Shown in pieces: positions 17,308 through 26,912 of a DNA stretch of 47,688 bases. Both the position numbers and the translations under genes were made by a program. The first letter of the stretch is position 1; every line of letters starts with the position of its first letter. The notes beneath the pieces were generated by a model. That model did no database searches. It was not told the origin of the DNA and worked only from the letters and a program-made list of their open reading frames with translations. The stretch comes from an uncultured bacterium (GTDB taxonomy: Bacteria > UBP14 > UBA6098 > B30-G16): assembly GCA_965552135.1 (NCBI GenBank), contig CBEVQY010000023.1, forward strand, positions 1 through 47,688, written 5' to 3'.

Positions 17308-19212
17308 ATGAAGCGCTTTTTGGTTTTCGCGGCGTTTTTCTCGGCGGCATTTGGCTTCGACTTTTCGGCTGATACCCTCCTTTCGCCCCAGCTTAGGGAC
17401 GCACTTGCCTCCGTGCCGCCTCGCTCGGAGTTCCCCAAAGCCTCGTACTACATTGTCCTCGACAGCACCATCGTGCGCCTTATGCCCGACGGCTCTTGGG
17501 AAACCGAAAGGTACTTTGTGGCTAAGTCGTATATCTACAAGGGCAAAAAGGAGCTTTCCAACTTCAAGATACTCTACAACGCGAGCTTTGAGAGCGTTGA
17601 GCTTTTGCGCGCCCGCACGATAAACGGCGAGGAGGTCGTTCCCGTCGACTCGACCCAGGTCAACGACATAACGGCTCCGCAGTACTCCAGCGCATCGATG
17701 TACGCCAAGATGACCCAAAGGGTCGTTTCGCTGCCGGCGTTCAGCGAAAGCTCGGCTGTGGAGATACACTACGTCGTTCGCCACAGGGCGGGCACATCCA
17801 TCCCCTTCGGTGGGGTGCACGTGCTTGTGGGCGATAAGCCCGCCAGGAAGGTCTACTTCGGCATAAGCTTTCCGCGCGGCAAAAAGGTTTTCTGGAAGTC
17901 GATTTCCGGCGCGCCCAAACCCTCCGTTTCGGGCGGAGTCGTTTGCTGGGAGGTGAGGGATTACCCCGGCGTTCAGTTCGAGGCTGGCATGCCGCCCCTG
18001 CGTGAGGTTATGCCCACCGTGATATACACCGCCTCGCGGAGCTGGTCGGAGGAGGGCGGGGCTGTTGCGGCGGCGCTTCTTCCGAAGTGCGAGGCGGACA
18101 GTGCGGTGAGGGCGCTTGCGGAGTCGCTTGCGGCAAGCGCAAAGACGAAAAAGGACGCCGTGGCTAAGATCCTCTTCTACCTGCAGGATCGATTCGACCA
18201 CATCTACATATCTCCCAACCTCGTGGGCTACGACGCCAACGACGCCGCAACCGTTCTTAGGAACGGCTACGCTGACAGCCGCGACGCGGCGGCTCTTCTG
18301 GTGGCGATGCTTAGGGCGGTGGGGGTGAAGGCTTCCCCCGCGCTTGTCGCCGCAAGCGGCGCGCGGATATTCGACATCCCATCGGTGCATCAGTTCGACA
18401 GGGTTGTGGTCGTTGCCGATGTGGGGGGCAGGAAGCTCTTCCTCGACCCGATGCGCGAGTTCGCCGAACCCGGCTACATCGGCGAGCCTGCCGGAGAGAA
18501 GGCTTTGGTCATCGAGAATGGGGCGTCGAAGCTTGTCGACGTTCCGCCCGCAAAGCCCAACGACAACCGCATCGTCGCAAGCTACACCTTCAAGATCGAT
18601 ACTTTGGGCTGTGTGGATGGTTCGGTTTTGGTTGAGGCTTGGGGCAGCCCTGCGCAAGAGCTCAGGTCCCTTTTCAGGCACGCCAAGAGGCGCCGCAAGA
18701 GGCAGCGTTTCGAGCGCGCCGCATCGAACGTTGCCGACGGCGCAGTGCTTGTCGAAAAACCGCAGATAACGGGCGTAGACGACAACTCCCAAATCGTAAG
18801 GGCGCAGTTTAGAATAAAGGCAGACAATTTCATGGCGATGCAGGATGGGATGGGGATCATCTGGCTGCCCAAACTGCCGTTCGATGTGGTGACACTGCCC
18901 GATATATCCAAGAAGGAGCGCGAGTTCCCCCTGTTTGTGGACGAGCCTTTGACTGTGGTCAAACGCTACAACTTCACCTTCCCAACGGGCTTTAAGGTCG
19001 ATTACATCCCGCCGATACAGCGCTACGAAGGGCGCGCAGGCTCGCTTGAGATATCGTCGCAGTCGGGAAGCTACTCGTTCGTCGTAACCGTTGAGCTTAG
19101 GCTCAACCGCGACCGAATAGAACCCAAAGCTTACGAGGACGTAAAACAGCTCGTGAGAGCTTTCGGGTCCAAAAGGTATCGGATTGCCCTGCTGGAGAGG
19201 GTTGGTCCATAA
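17308..19212 (+). CDS. DUF3857/transglutaminase-like exported protein, catalytic residues substituted
   Basis: Signal peptide; same architecture as the upstream gene but GYADSRD and FDRVV replace G.CKD and FNH. Confidence 0.75.
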   Translation: MKRFLVFAAFFSAAFGFDFSADTLLSPQLRDALASVPPRSEFPKASYYIVLDSTIVRLMPDGSWETERYFVAKSYIYKGKKELSNFKILYNASFESVELLRARTINGEEVVPVDSTQVNDITAPQYSSASMYAKMTQRVVSLPAFSESSAVEIHYVVRHRAGTSIPFGGVHVLVGDKPARKVYFGISFPRGKKVFWKSISGAPKPSVSGGVVCWEVRDYPGVQFEAGMPPLREVMPTVIYTASRSWSEEGGAVAAALLPKCEADSAVRALAESLAASAKTKKDAVAKILFYLQDRFDHIYISPNLVGYDANDAATVLRNGYADSRDAAALLVAMLRAVGVKASPALVAASGARIFDIPSVHQFDRVVVVADVGGRKLFLDPMREFAEPGYIGEPAGEKALVIENGASKLVDVPPAKPNDNRIVASYTFKIDTLGCVDGSVLVEAWGSPAQELRSLFRHAKRRRKRQRFERAASNVADGAVLVEKPQITGVDDNSQIVRAQFRIKADNFMAMQDGMGIIWLPKLPFDVVTLPDISKKEREFPLFVDEPLTVVKRYNFTFPTGFKVDYIPPIQRYEGRAGSLEISSQSGSYSFVVTVELRLNRDRIEPKAYEDVKQLVRAFGSKRYRIALLERVGP

Positions 19213-19236
19213 AAGGCTTTTCGTAAGGAGGGGTAG

Positions 19237-20952
19237 ATGAGAAGGCGGGTTTGGTACATAGCCTTTGCGGCGGTTGTCGTTGGGGTGGTTGCTTTCGTTT
19301 TCGCCGGCACGGGGACGAACATCTACAAGCAGCTCAAGCTCCTCGACAAGATAGTCACGGTCATCTACACCGACTACGTCGACCCCATCGATTACCGCAA
19401 GCTCATCAAGGGCGCGATAGACGGCATGACGTCCACATTGGACCCCCACACGGTATTTTTCACCCCGCGTCAGTACGAGGAGCTCAAGATCGACACCCGC
19501 GGGAGCTTCGGCGGCTTGGGGATAGTCATCGGCATAAGGGACGGCTGGCTTACGGTAATATCGCCGATGGAGGGCACACCAGCCTACCGCGCCGGGATCC
19601 AGGCCGGGGACAGGATAATAAAGATAGAGGGGAAGTCGACCAAGGGCATAACCGTAGAGCAGGCGGTGAGGAAGCTTCGGGGCGAGCCCGGAACGCAGGT
19701 CACCATAACGATAGAGCGGGAGGGTGAACCAAAGCCGTTCGACGTCACCATCACGCGCGACATAATCGAGATAAAGCCCGTCCCCTTCTACGGGATGACG
19801 GAGCGCGGCGTGGGCTACATAAGGCTTATAAGCTTTTCCGAGGACGCGAGCGATGCGGTCAAAAAAGCGCTTCAGGAGCTTGTGGCGCAGGGCGCCAAGG
19901 GGATCATCCTCGACCTCAGGAACAACCCCGGCGGGCTTTTGAGGCAAGCCGTTGCCGTTGCGGGGCTATTTTTGCCTCAAGATGCGCTCGTCGTCTACAC
20001 CAAAGGGAGATCCCCCTTCCAAACGCGGGAGTACTACACCGACAAGCCGGGCGTGTATCCCGATGGTCCTTTGGTCGTTTTGGTTGACGGCGGCAGCGCC
20101 AGCGCTTCGGAGATCGTCTCGGGTGCAATCCAGGACCACGACCGCGGCGTCATCGTCGGAACAAGAACGTTCGGAAAGGGGCTCGTGCAGTCGGTAAGAC
20201 CGCTCCTTGAGGGCACGGCGCTCAAAATTACAACCGCAAAGTACTTCATCCCCAGCGGAAGATGCATACAAAAGGAATACTACATCCACAACAGAAAGTG
20301 CGCGATAATCACCGACACCCTGAGCTGGAACCCCGAGGAGCTTGACCCGTGGGATTTCAGCAGCGAGCCCGCCGATACCGACACAACCGAGGAAAGACCC
20401 GTTTACTACACCGAGGGCGGCAGGGTCGTCTACGGCGGCGGAGGGATCTCGCCCGATGTCGAATACGAGCCGCCGAAGATGACGAAGCTTGAGGTCGAGC
20501 TTGAGAGGAAGGGGCTTTTCTTCGCATTCGCCGTGCACTACACCGCCCAGCACAAGGGCGAGATAAAATCGCCCGACTTCGAGGTCACCGACGAGATGCT
20601 GCGCGAGTTCCGAGAGTTCCTCAGGGAGAAGGAGTTCGACTACAAGACCAGGGCGGAGGAGATCCTCGACCAGATCGATTCGATCGCCGTGGAGGACAGC
20701 CTGTCGGAGGAGACGATGGAGATGATAGCTCAACTCCACAGGCAGCTTCAGCTTGAGAGGGAGCGCGAGTTTGAGCGCAGCAAGGACTACATAAAGCGCG
20801 CCATAAGGCGCGAGATCATATCTAAGCTTTGGGGCGAGAAGGAGCGCTACAGGCAGATCGTCCTTAAGGAGGACTCCGAGATAAAGCTTGCCGAGGACAT
20901 AATACTCGATTCTGCGCGGTACCAAAGCTACCTTACGCCCGAGGGCAGATGA
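19237..20952 (+). CDS. ctpA: S41 family carboxy-terminal processing protease
   Basis: LDPHT, PDZ GLGI, DLRNNPGGLL, SASASEIVSG, TFGKGLVQ, TTAKY..PSGR. Confidence 0.93.
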   Translation: MRRRVWYIAFAAVVVGVVAFVFAGTGTNIYKQLKLLDKIVTVIYTDYVDPIDYRKLIKGAIDGMTSTLDPHTVFFTPRQYEELKIDTRGSFGGLGIVIGIRDGWLTVISPMEGTPAYRAGIQAGDRIIKIEGKSTKGITVEQAVRKLRGEPGTQVTITIEREGEPKPFDVTITRDIIEIKPVPFYGMTERGVGYIRLISFSEDASDAVKKALQELVAQGAKGIILDLRNNPGGLLRQAVAVAGLFLPQDALVVYTKGRSPFQTREYYTDKPGVYPDGPLVVLVDGGSASASEIVSGAIQDHDRGVIVGTRTFGKGLVQSVRPLLEGTALKITTAKYFIPSGRCIQKEYYIHNRKCAIITDTLSWNPEELDPWDFSSEPADTDTTEERPVYYTEGGRVVYGGGGISPDVEYEPPKMTKLEVELERKGLFFAFAVHYTAQHKGEIKSPDFEVTDEMLREFREFLREKEFDYKTRAEEILDQIDSIAVEDSLSEETMEMIAQLHRQLQLEREREFERSKDYIKRAIRREIISKLWGEKERYRQIVLKEDSEIKLAEDIILDSARYQSYLTPEGR

Positions 20953-20982
20953 GGCTTTGCTTGGGAATGAAAGGAGGTTTTT

Positions 20983-22449
20983 ATGTCGTCGCTGCTTTTG
21001 TGGGAGCTTTCGCGCGAGGGTCGCAGTGGCTTCAGGCTGCCCGAGCGGGGCGTGCCGGACTACAATCTTGCGGAGCACGTCCCGCCGTCGATGATACGAA
21101 GAAGCGACAACGGGCTTCCTGAGCTCTCCGAGCCGCAGGTCGTGCGACACTTCGTCGAGCTTTCTACACTGAACCACCACATCGACAAAAACATATACCC
21201 GCTTGGCTCCTGCACGATGAAGTACAACCCGAAGTTCGGCGAGCGTGTTGCAAGGCTTCCTGGCTTTCTGCGGCTTCACCCGCTTGCGCCCGAGGAGCTC
21301 TGCCAGGGCGCCCTGAAGCTTATGCACCACCTCGGCGAGCTTTTGTGCCGCATAGGCGGCTTTGACGGCATAACGCTCCAGCCCGCTGCCGGTGCGCACG
21401 GCGAGTTTACGGGGCTTATGACGATCCGCAAGTACCACGAGGCGCAGGGAAACCCGCGCAAAAAGGTCGTCATCCCCGACTCCTCCCACGGAACCAATCC
21501 CGCCTCTATCGTCTTTTCGGGCTGGGAGCCTGTGGAGATAAAGTCGGGTCCCGACGGCAGAATAGACCTCAAGGCGCTTGAGGAACATCTCGACGAAGAC
21601 CTCGCCGCGCTTATGGTCACAAACCCCAACACGCTCGGGATCTTCGAGAAGGACATAGTTCGCATTGCGGATATGCTTCACTCCGTAGGCGCGCAGCTTT
21701 ACATGGACGGCGCGAACATGAACGCCCTTTTGGGCGTGGTTCGCCCCGGCGAGCTTGGCGTCGATGCGCTGCACTACAACCTCCACAAAACCTTCTCCAC
21801 CCCGCACGGCGGCGGCGGACCCGGATCAGGTCCCGTTGCCGTAAAGGAACACCTCGTGCCGTTTTTGCCAAAGCCTGTGGTCGTAAAAGACGGAAAGCAC
21901 TACCGCCTCGACTGGGAAAAGCCCCTTTCGATGGGCAAGCTCGTCGCCTTTTGGGGAGCGTTCGGCGTTATGGTGAAAGCCTATGCGTACATCCTCGTCA
22001 TGGGCGCCGACGGACTTAGGAGAACCGCCGAAAACGCCGTCTTAAACTCGAACTACCTGCTCGCCCTCCTGCGCGATCACTACGACCTGCCCTACAAGGA
22101 GACCCCTATGCACGAGTTCGTCCTCTCCGGCGAGTTCCTCAAAAAATACGGCGTGAGGACCCTGGACGTTGCCAAGCGCATTTTGGATTTCGGCTTCCAC
22201 GCGCCCACAATCTACTTCCCACTCATAGTGCACGAGGCTTTGATGGTGGAGCCTACGGAGTCGGAGCCGAGGGAGGTTTTGGACGCATTTGCCGAGGCGC
22301 TTGTCAAGATAAAGGAGGAAGCTCAGACCTCTCCCGACGTCCTCCGCGGCGCACCTTACAACACCCCGGTCCGCAGGCTCGACGACGTGGGCGCGCACAA
22401 AAACCCCGTCCTCACGTGGTGGATGCAGCAGGGCAAGGAGCGAGGTTAG
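20983..22449 (+). CDS. gcvPB: Glycine dehydrogenase subunit 2
   Basis: PLGSCTMKYNP, QPAAGAHGE, HGTNPAS, PLP-Lys motif LHKTFSTPHGGGGPG. Confidence 0.96.
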   Translation: MSSLLLWELSREGRSGFRLPERGVPDYNLAEHVPPSMIRRSDNGLPELSEPQVVRHFVELSTLNHHIDKNIYPLGSCTMKYNPKFGERVARLPGFLRLHPLAPEELCQGALKLMHHLGELLCRIGGFDGITLQPAAGAHGEFTGLMTIRKYHEAQGNPRKKVVIPDSSHGTNPASIVFSGWEPVEIKSGPDGRIDLKALEEHLDEDLAALMVTNPNTLGIFEKDIVRIADMLHSVGAQLYMDGANMNALLGVVRPGELGVDALHYNLHKTFSTPHGGGGPGSGPVAVKEHLVPFLPKPVVVKDGKHYRLDWEKPLSMGKLVAFWGAFGVMVKAYAYILVMGADGLRRTAENAVLNSNYLLALLRDHYDLPYKETPMHEFVLSGEFLKKYGVRTLDVAKRILDFGFHAPTIYFPLIVHEALMVEPTESEPREVLDAFAEALVKIKEEAQTSPDVLRGAPYNTPVRRLDDVGAHKNPVLTWWMQQGKERG

Positions 22450-22452
22450 GCG

Positions 22453-23391
22453 ATGGAGCTTTGGGAGTACGCCAAGCTTTCGCGCGAGGAGCTTGTTGAG
22501 CGCATACTCGAGGCGAAAAGGCGCTTGGGCGCCGTCATCCTGGCCCACAACTACCAGCGCATCGAGGTGCAGCGCATAGCCGATTTCAAGGGCGACTCGC
22601 TGGGTCTCGCAAGGAAGGCGAAGGAGGTCGACGCGCCGGTAATCCTCTTCTGCGGCGTGATGTTCATGGCGGAGACGGCGAAGATACTCAACCCCTCCCG
22701 CACCGTCCTCATACCGGATCCCCAGGCTGGCTGCCCTCTCGCCGCTCACGCCACCGCCGAGGACGTGGCAAGACTTAAGCAGAAATACCCCGACTACGCC
22801 GTCGTCACTTACGTGAACTCGTCCGCTGAGGTGAAGGCTGTCTCCGATGTGGTCTGCACGAGCGCCAACGCCGTGGAGGTCGTTGAATCCTTTTCGCCGC
22901 AGAAGGGGATAATCTTCGTTCCCGACAAAAACCTCTGCCGCCACGTGAAGGTCAAGACCGGCAGGGAAAACATAATTTGCTGGGACGGGCACTGTTACGT
23001 TCACGACAGGTTCACCCTTGAGGATTTTCGCCGCGCGCGGTCGGAGCACCCGAACGCAGTCGTTATAGTTCACCCCGAATGCCCGCCCGACGTTCAGGAC
23101 GCCGCCGACCTCGTCGCATCCACGGGAGGGATGTACAGGTTCGCGAAAAGCCACCGCGGCACCGAGATCGTGCTCGGAACCGAAGTCGGCATGGTCGAAA
23201 GGATAAACGACGAGTTCCCCGACACGCCCACGTACCCGATGTCGAAGAGGGCGATCTGCTCAAACATGAAGCTTATAACGCTCGAGAAGGTGGCGAGGGC
23301 GTTGGAGGAGGGGGTTTATCGCGTGGAGGTTCCACAGAGTGTTGCCCAGCGGGCGCGCAAAGCAATAGAACGTATGCTTCAGATCAAATAG
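22453..23391 (+). CDS. nadA: Quinolinate synthase
   Basis: ILAHNYQ, FCGVMFMAETAK, YVNS, CTSANA, HPEC and C..MK motifs. Confidence 0.96.
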   Translation: MELWEYAKLSREELVERILEAKRRLGAVILAHNYQRIEVQRIADFKGDSLGLARKAKEVDAPVILFCGVMFMAETAKILNPSRTVLIPDPQAGCPLAAHATAEDVARLKQKYPDYAVVTYVNSSAEVKAVSDVVCTSANAVEVVESFSPQKGIIFVPDKNLCRHVKVKTGRENIICWDGHCYVHDRFTLEDFRRARSEHPNAVVIVHPECPPDVQDAADLVASTGGMYRFAKSHRGTEIVLGTEVGMVERINDEFPDTPTYPMSKRAICSNMKLITLEKVARALEEGVYRVEVPQSVAQRARKAIERMLQIK

Positions 23392-23432
23392 CCCCCAAAG
23401 TCGCAAAAACCGCGAAGGGGAGGTAGCCTGTT

Positions 23433-26099
23433 ATGAGGAGGCTTTCGCTTGTTTTGGTGCTTTTAGTTTCTGCGGCGTTTTGTGTGGAGGACCTGCCCCT
23501 CTTCCACAAGTGGGTTCCCGACAGCGTCGTCTTCCGTCCCCCCGTCCACCACTGGACCCTCCCGAACGGGCTCGAGGTCCTTTTCTGGGAGAACCACACG
23601 GTCCCTTTGGTTTCGGCAAGGGTTTTGATAAAGACGGGCTCGGCGCTTGAGGGGAAATACGTCGGGTGCGGAATATCACACTATCTTGAGCACATCGTCT
23701 CAGGCGGAACGACGACGAAACACACCGAGGCTGAGTACAAAAAGATGGTTCAGGAGTACGGTCTTTCGACGAACGCATTTACCACCGCCTACGTGACCGT
23801 TTACTACGGCACAGGTCCCGCCAAGCACTTCGACAAGCTTTTGGGGATACTTGCCGAGTGGGTTCAGTCGTGCGCGTTCGATACCTTCGAGATATCGCGC
23901 GAGGTAAAGGTCATCCTCCAGGAGATGAAAAAGTGTCAGGAGGAGCCGGATCGGGTTCTGTGGAGACTTTACAAAAAGCTTTACTACCAGGTGAGCCCTT
24001 ACCGCCATCCAACCATAGGCTACAGGGAGAACTTTCTCCGCGTAACCCGCGACGAGCTTATTGACTACTATCGTCGTCGCTATGCTCCCAACAACGCCAT
24101 CCTCGCCATAGCTGGTGATCTTGACACCTCTTTGGTCAAGCGTGTGGTCGATTCGCTTTGGTCGGGCTGGCAGATGCAGCCTGTGGAGCCCGTTTGGCTT
24201 CCTGCGGAGCCTCTGCCCGTGGCGGCGCGCGTTGCCGAAAAGGAGATGGACGTAGAGATCGCGCAGTTCCAGATGGGCTTTCCAACAGTCTACTTCGGCG
24301 ACGATGACCTGCCGGCACTCAAGATTCTTGCCGTTGTCCTTTCGGGCGCAAAAAGCTCCAGGCTCGATATGCGCCTCGTAAACAGACCCAAACCGCTGGC
24401 TCACTCGATAACGGCATTCCTTTCCACCCCTTATATGGAGCGGGCTCAGTTCATCATAGGCGGCAGCTTCGACTACAACAACCGCGACAGCCTCCTTGAG
24501 GCGATCTGGGACGAGATAGATCGCATAAAGCGAGGCGACCTAAGCGACGACGAGGTCGAGTGGGCTAAGCGGATGGTCAAAAAGGCGATTCAGCGGCAAA
24601 ACGAGACGGTGGAAGGTCAGGTTGCAAGCATTGTCTCCTCTTTTCTGCGGGCGGGTAAACCCCACTACAGCGATTTCTTCCTCAGAAGTATAATGCGCGT
24701 CCAAACCGACGACGTGGTGAGGGTGTGCAGGAAGTACCTTGTGCCCGAGCATATGATCCTTGCCATAGTCAAGCCGTTGGGGGCAAGCCTTCCGTCCGAT
24801 TCCCTGCTTTCGCTTGGTCGTTCGCTTTCGCGCCCCAGGTTTGAGCTTCGCAAGCTTGAAAACGGTCTCACGCTTGTGCTTGCCGAAAATCCCGCCCTCC
24901 CGACTGTGGACATCGCGGTCTACGTTATGGGTGGCTCTGTGTTCGAGCCGCAGGGAAAGCGCGGGCTGGCTAAGTTCACCGCAAACTACCTCCTCGAGGG
25001 AACAAAGAAATACCCGAAGTTCGAAAGGCTCCAGAGGGCGATAGATGACCTCGGCATGATTTTGGAAACCGGCGCCGGAAAGCACACGATGTATCTTACT
25101 GCAAACTTTCTGGCGTCCGATCTTAAGCCCGCTTTGGATATCCTGGAGCAGGTCCTTTTGCACCCCGTCTTCCCGAGGGAGTCGCGCCAAAAGCTTTTGG
25201 AAAGCCAGCTTGGTGAGCTTAAGGCGATGCGCGGCTCCTGGTACTCCGATGCTGCGCTTTTGTTCTGGGAGAAGTTCTACGCCGGACACCCCTACGCCAC
25301 GCCGGTTGCTGGCGTTGAGGGAGACGTTCGTGATCTTCGCGCCGAGGACGCGAAGCGCTATTGGTTCTCTCACCTCGATCCCACGCGTATGGTGATCGCC
25401 GCCTCGGGACCTGTTTCCGTGGAGCGTTTTGCGGAGGAGTTTTCGAGGCGCTTCGGCGATTTTGGCGGTGGCGCTTCGGACTTGCCGCAGGTCCCTCCGC
25501 CCAGGCGGCACGAAAGCCCCGAGCGCTACGAGAAGGAGGTCCACCGCGACCAGGTCACGCTGATAGTGGGCTTTGACGGCTGCGACGCCCGAAACGAGTC
25601 GGACAAGTTTGCGCTGCGCGCCGCCGCAGCGCTGCTTTCCGGCACTGGCGGGCTTTCGGGATGGCTGCTTGAGGAGCTGAGGGGAAAGCGCGACCTTGTG
25701 TACGTTGCGTGGGCGTCGGCGCAAAGCCAGCTTTTCGGCGGTCACGTCTCGGTGGTGACGCAGTGCCAGCCCGAGGACGTTGATACCGTCGTCGCGGTTA
25801 TAATGTCGCTTGTCGACAGGCTCAGGCGGGGGGACTTTCGCGAAAAGGAGCTTTCCCGCGCCGTCAACGCCCTTGCGGAGCAGTTTCTGCGCTCGCGTCA
25901 AACTCAGGCTGATCTCGTGCAGACAGCCGCCCTCGACCAGCTCTACGGCTTCGGATACGATTACTCCGAAAGCTATCCCGAAAAAATTCGCGCCGTCACC
26001 AAGGATGACGTTGTGCGCGTCGCCCAAAAGTACCTGAAAAACCCCGTCGTCGTTATGCTCAAGCCCGCCGAAAGCACTGAAGGAGGGGATGGGCGATGA
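23433..26099 (+). CDS. Exported M16 (pitrilysin) family zinc protease, two-module
   Basis: Signal peptide; LPNGL, inverted zincin HYLEH, NAFT; second module LENGL..ELRGKRDLVY. Confidence 0.9.
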   Translation: MRRLSLVLVLLVSAAFCVEDLPLFHKWVPDSVVFRPPVHHWTLPNGLEVLFWENHTVPLVSARVLIKTGSALEGKYVGCGISHYLEHIVSGGTTTKHTEAEYKKMVQEYGLSTNAFTTAYVTVYYGTGPAKHFDKLLGILAEWVQSCAFDTFEISREVKVILQEMKKCQEEPDRVLWRLYKKLYYQVSPYRHPTIGYRENFLRVTRDELIDYYRRRYAPNNAILAIAGDLDTSLVKRVVDSLWSGWQMQPVEPVWLPAEPLPVAARVAEKEMDVEIAQFQMGFPTVYFGDDDLPALKILAVVLSGAKSSRLDMRLVNRPKPLAHSITAFLSTPYMERAQFIIGGSFDYNNRDSLLEAIWDEIDRIKRGDLSDDEVEWAKRMVKKAIQRQNETVEGQVASIVSSFLRAGKPHYSDFFLRSIMRVQTDDVVRVCRKYLVPEHMILAIVKPLGASLPSDSLLSLGRSLSRPRFELRKLENGLTLVLAENPALPTVDIAVYVMGGSVFEPQGKRGLAKFTANYLLEGTKKYPKFERLQRAIDDLGMILETGAGKHTMYLTANFLASDLKPALDILEQVLLHPVFPRESRQKLLESQLGELKAMRGSWYSDAALLFWEKFYAGHPYATPVAGVEGDVRDLRAEDAKRYWFSHLDPTRMVIAASGPVSVERFAEEFSRRFGDFGGGASDLPQVPPPRRHESPERYEKEVHRDQVTLIVGFDGCDARNESDKFALRAAAALLSGTGGLSGWLLEELRGKRDLVYVAWASAQSQLFGGHVSVVTQCQPEDVDTVVAVIMSLVDRLRRGDFREKELSRAVNALAEQFLRSRQTQADLVQTAALDQLYGFGYDYSESYPEKIRAVTKDDVVRVAQKYLKNPVVVMLKPAESTEGGDGR

Positions 26100-26641
26100 G
26101 GTTGTTTTTCGCGTCTTTGCTTTTCGTCTCAGCCGCTTTGGCTGGGCAGAGCTTCCCGAAGTTCACGCTCAAAGACCTCGAGGGAAACCCCGTCTGCCTC
26201 GACACGATCCTTGGCTGGGGCAAGCCTGTGATACTTACGTTCTGGGCGACGTGGTGCAAGCCGTGCACGAAGGAGCTTCGCAGGCTCAGGGAGTACTGGG
26301 ACAGCCACGACACGACCCAGGGCGAACGCCCTTACGTTGTTGTCGCACTCTGCGAGGACGGTCCCAGGTCCATCAAGCGCGCCAAGGCGCTGGCGAAAAA
26401 GGAGGGGTGGGACAGGTTCATCCTGCTCTACGACAGAGCCGGCGAGGTAAAAAAAAGAGCCGGCGTGGGCGATATCCCCGAGCTTTTCATCCTGCGACCC
26501 GACGGCACAATATACTACAGACACATAGGCTTCAACCCCGGCGATGAGCGCGAGATGATAGAGAAGCTCGAGTCCCTCCTGGAGGAGCTTGCTCCCAAGG
26601 AAACGACGGCTCCGGGCGTCGACGAGCAAGGCACTCCCTGA
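26096..26641 (+). CDS. TlpA-family thiol:disulfide oxidoreductase
   Basis: Signal peptide, FTLKDLEG, FWATWCKPC, IPELFI. Confidence 0.88.
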   Translation: MRLFFASLLFVSAALAGQSFPKFTLKDLEGNPVCLDTILGWGKPVILTFWATWCKPCTKELRRLREYWDSHDTTQGERPYVVVALCEDGPRSIKRAKALAKKEGWDRFILLYDRAGEVKKRAGVGDIPELFILRPDGTIYYRHIGFNPGDEREMIEKLESLLEELAPKETTAPGVDEQGTP

Positions 26642-26720
26642 CGGGGCAAAAAGTGTTTTTCTGCAGGCTTTGGTTTTTCTATTTTTAAACTGCTGCGCGT
26701 TCGACGGGAGAGGTTTTTTG

Positions 26721-26912
26721 ATGAGGGTAAGGATAGACGAGTCACAGTGCATCGCCTGTGGGCTTTGCTCGGAGCTTTGCCCCGATGCTTTTGCGCAGCG
26801 GGATGACGGCATCGCCGAGGTCATCGCGGGCGAGAGCGAGCTTGACAAAATCCCCTGCGTGAGGGAAGCTGCCGAAAGCTGCCCCACAGAGGCGATAATC
26901 ATCGAAGGATGA
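26721..26912 (+). CDS. Single-cluster ferredoxin
   Basis: CIACGLC..CP and AAESCPTEAI; GGGAGAGG RBS before ATG 26721. Confidence 0.9.
   Translation: MRVRIDESQCIACGLCSELCPDAFAQRDDGIAEVIAGESELDKIPCVREAAESCPTEAIIIEG

Noticed and set aside
16840..19947. 1035-aa minus-strand ORF and other long antisense ORFs (13881-15509, 15172-16767, 19966-21807, 32119-33918, 33818-35428)
   Set aside because: They lie entirely opposite well-supported genes and have no recognisable motifs; they are shadow ORFs expected from high-GC codon bias.
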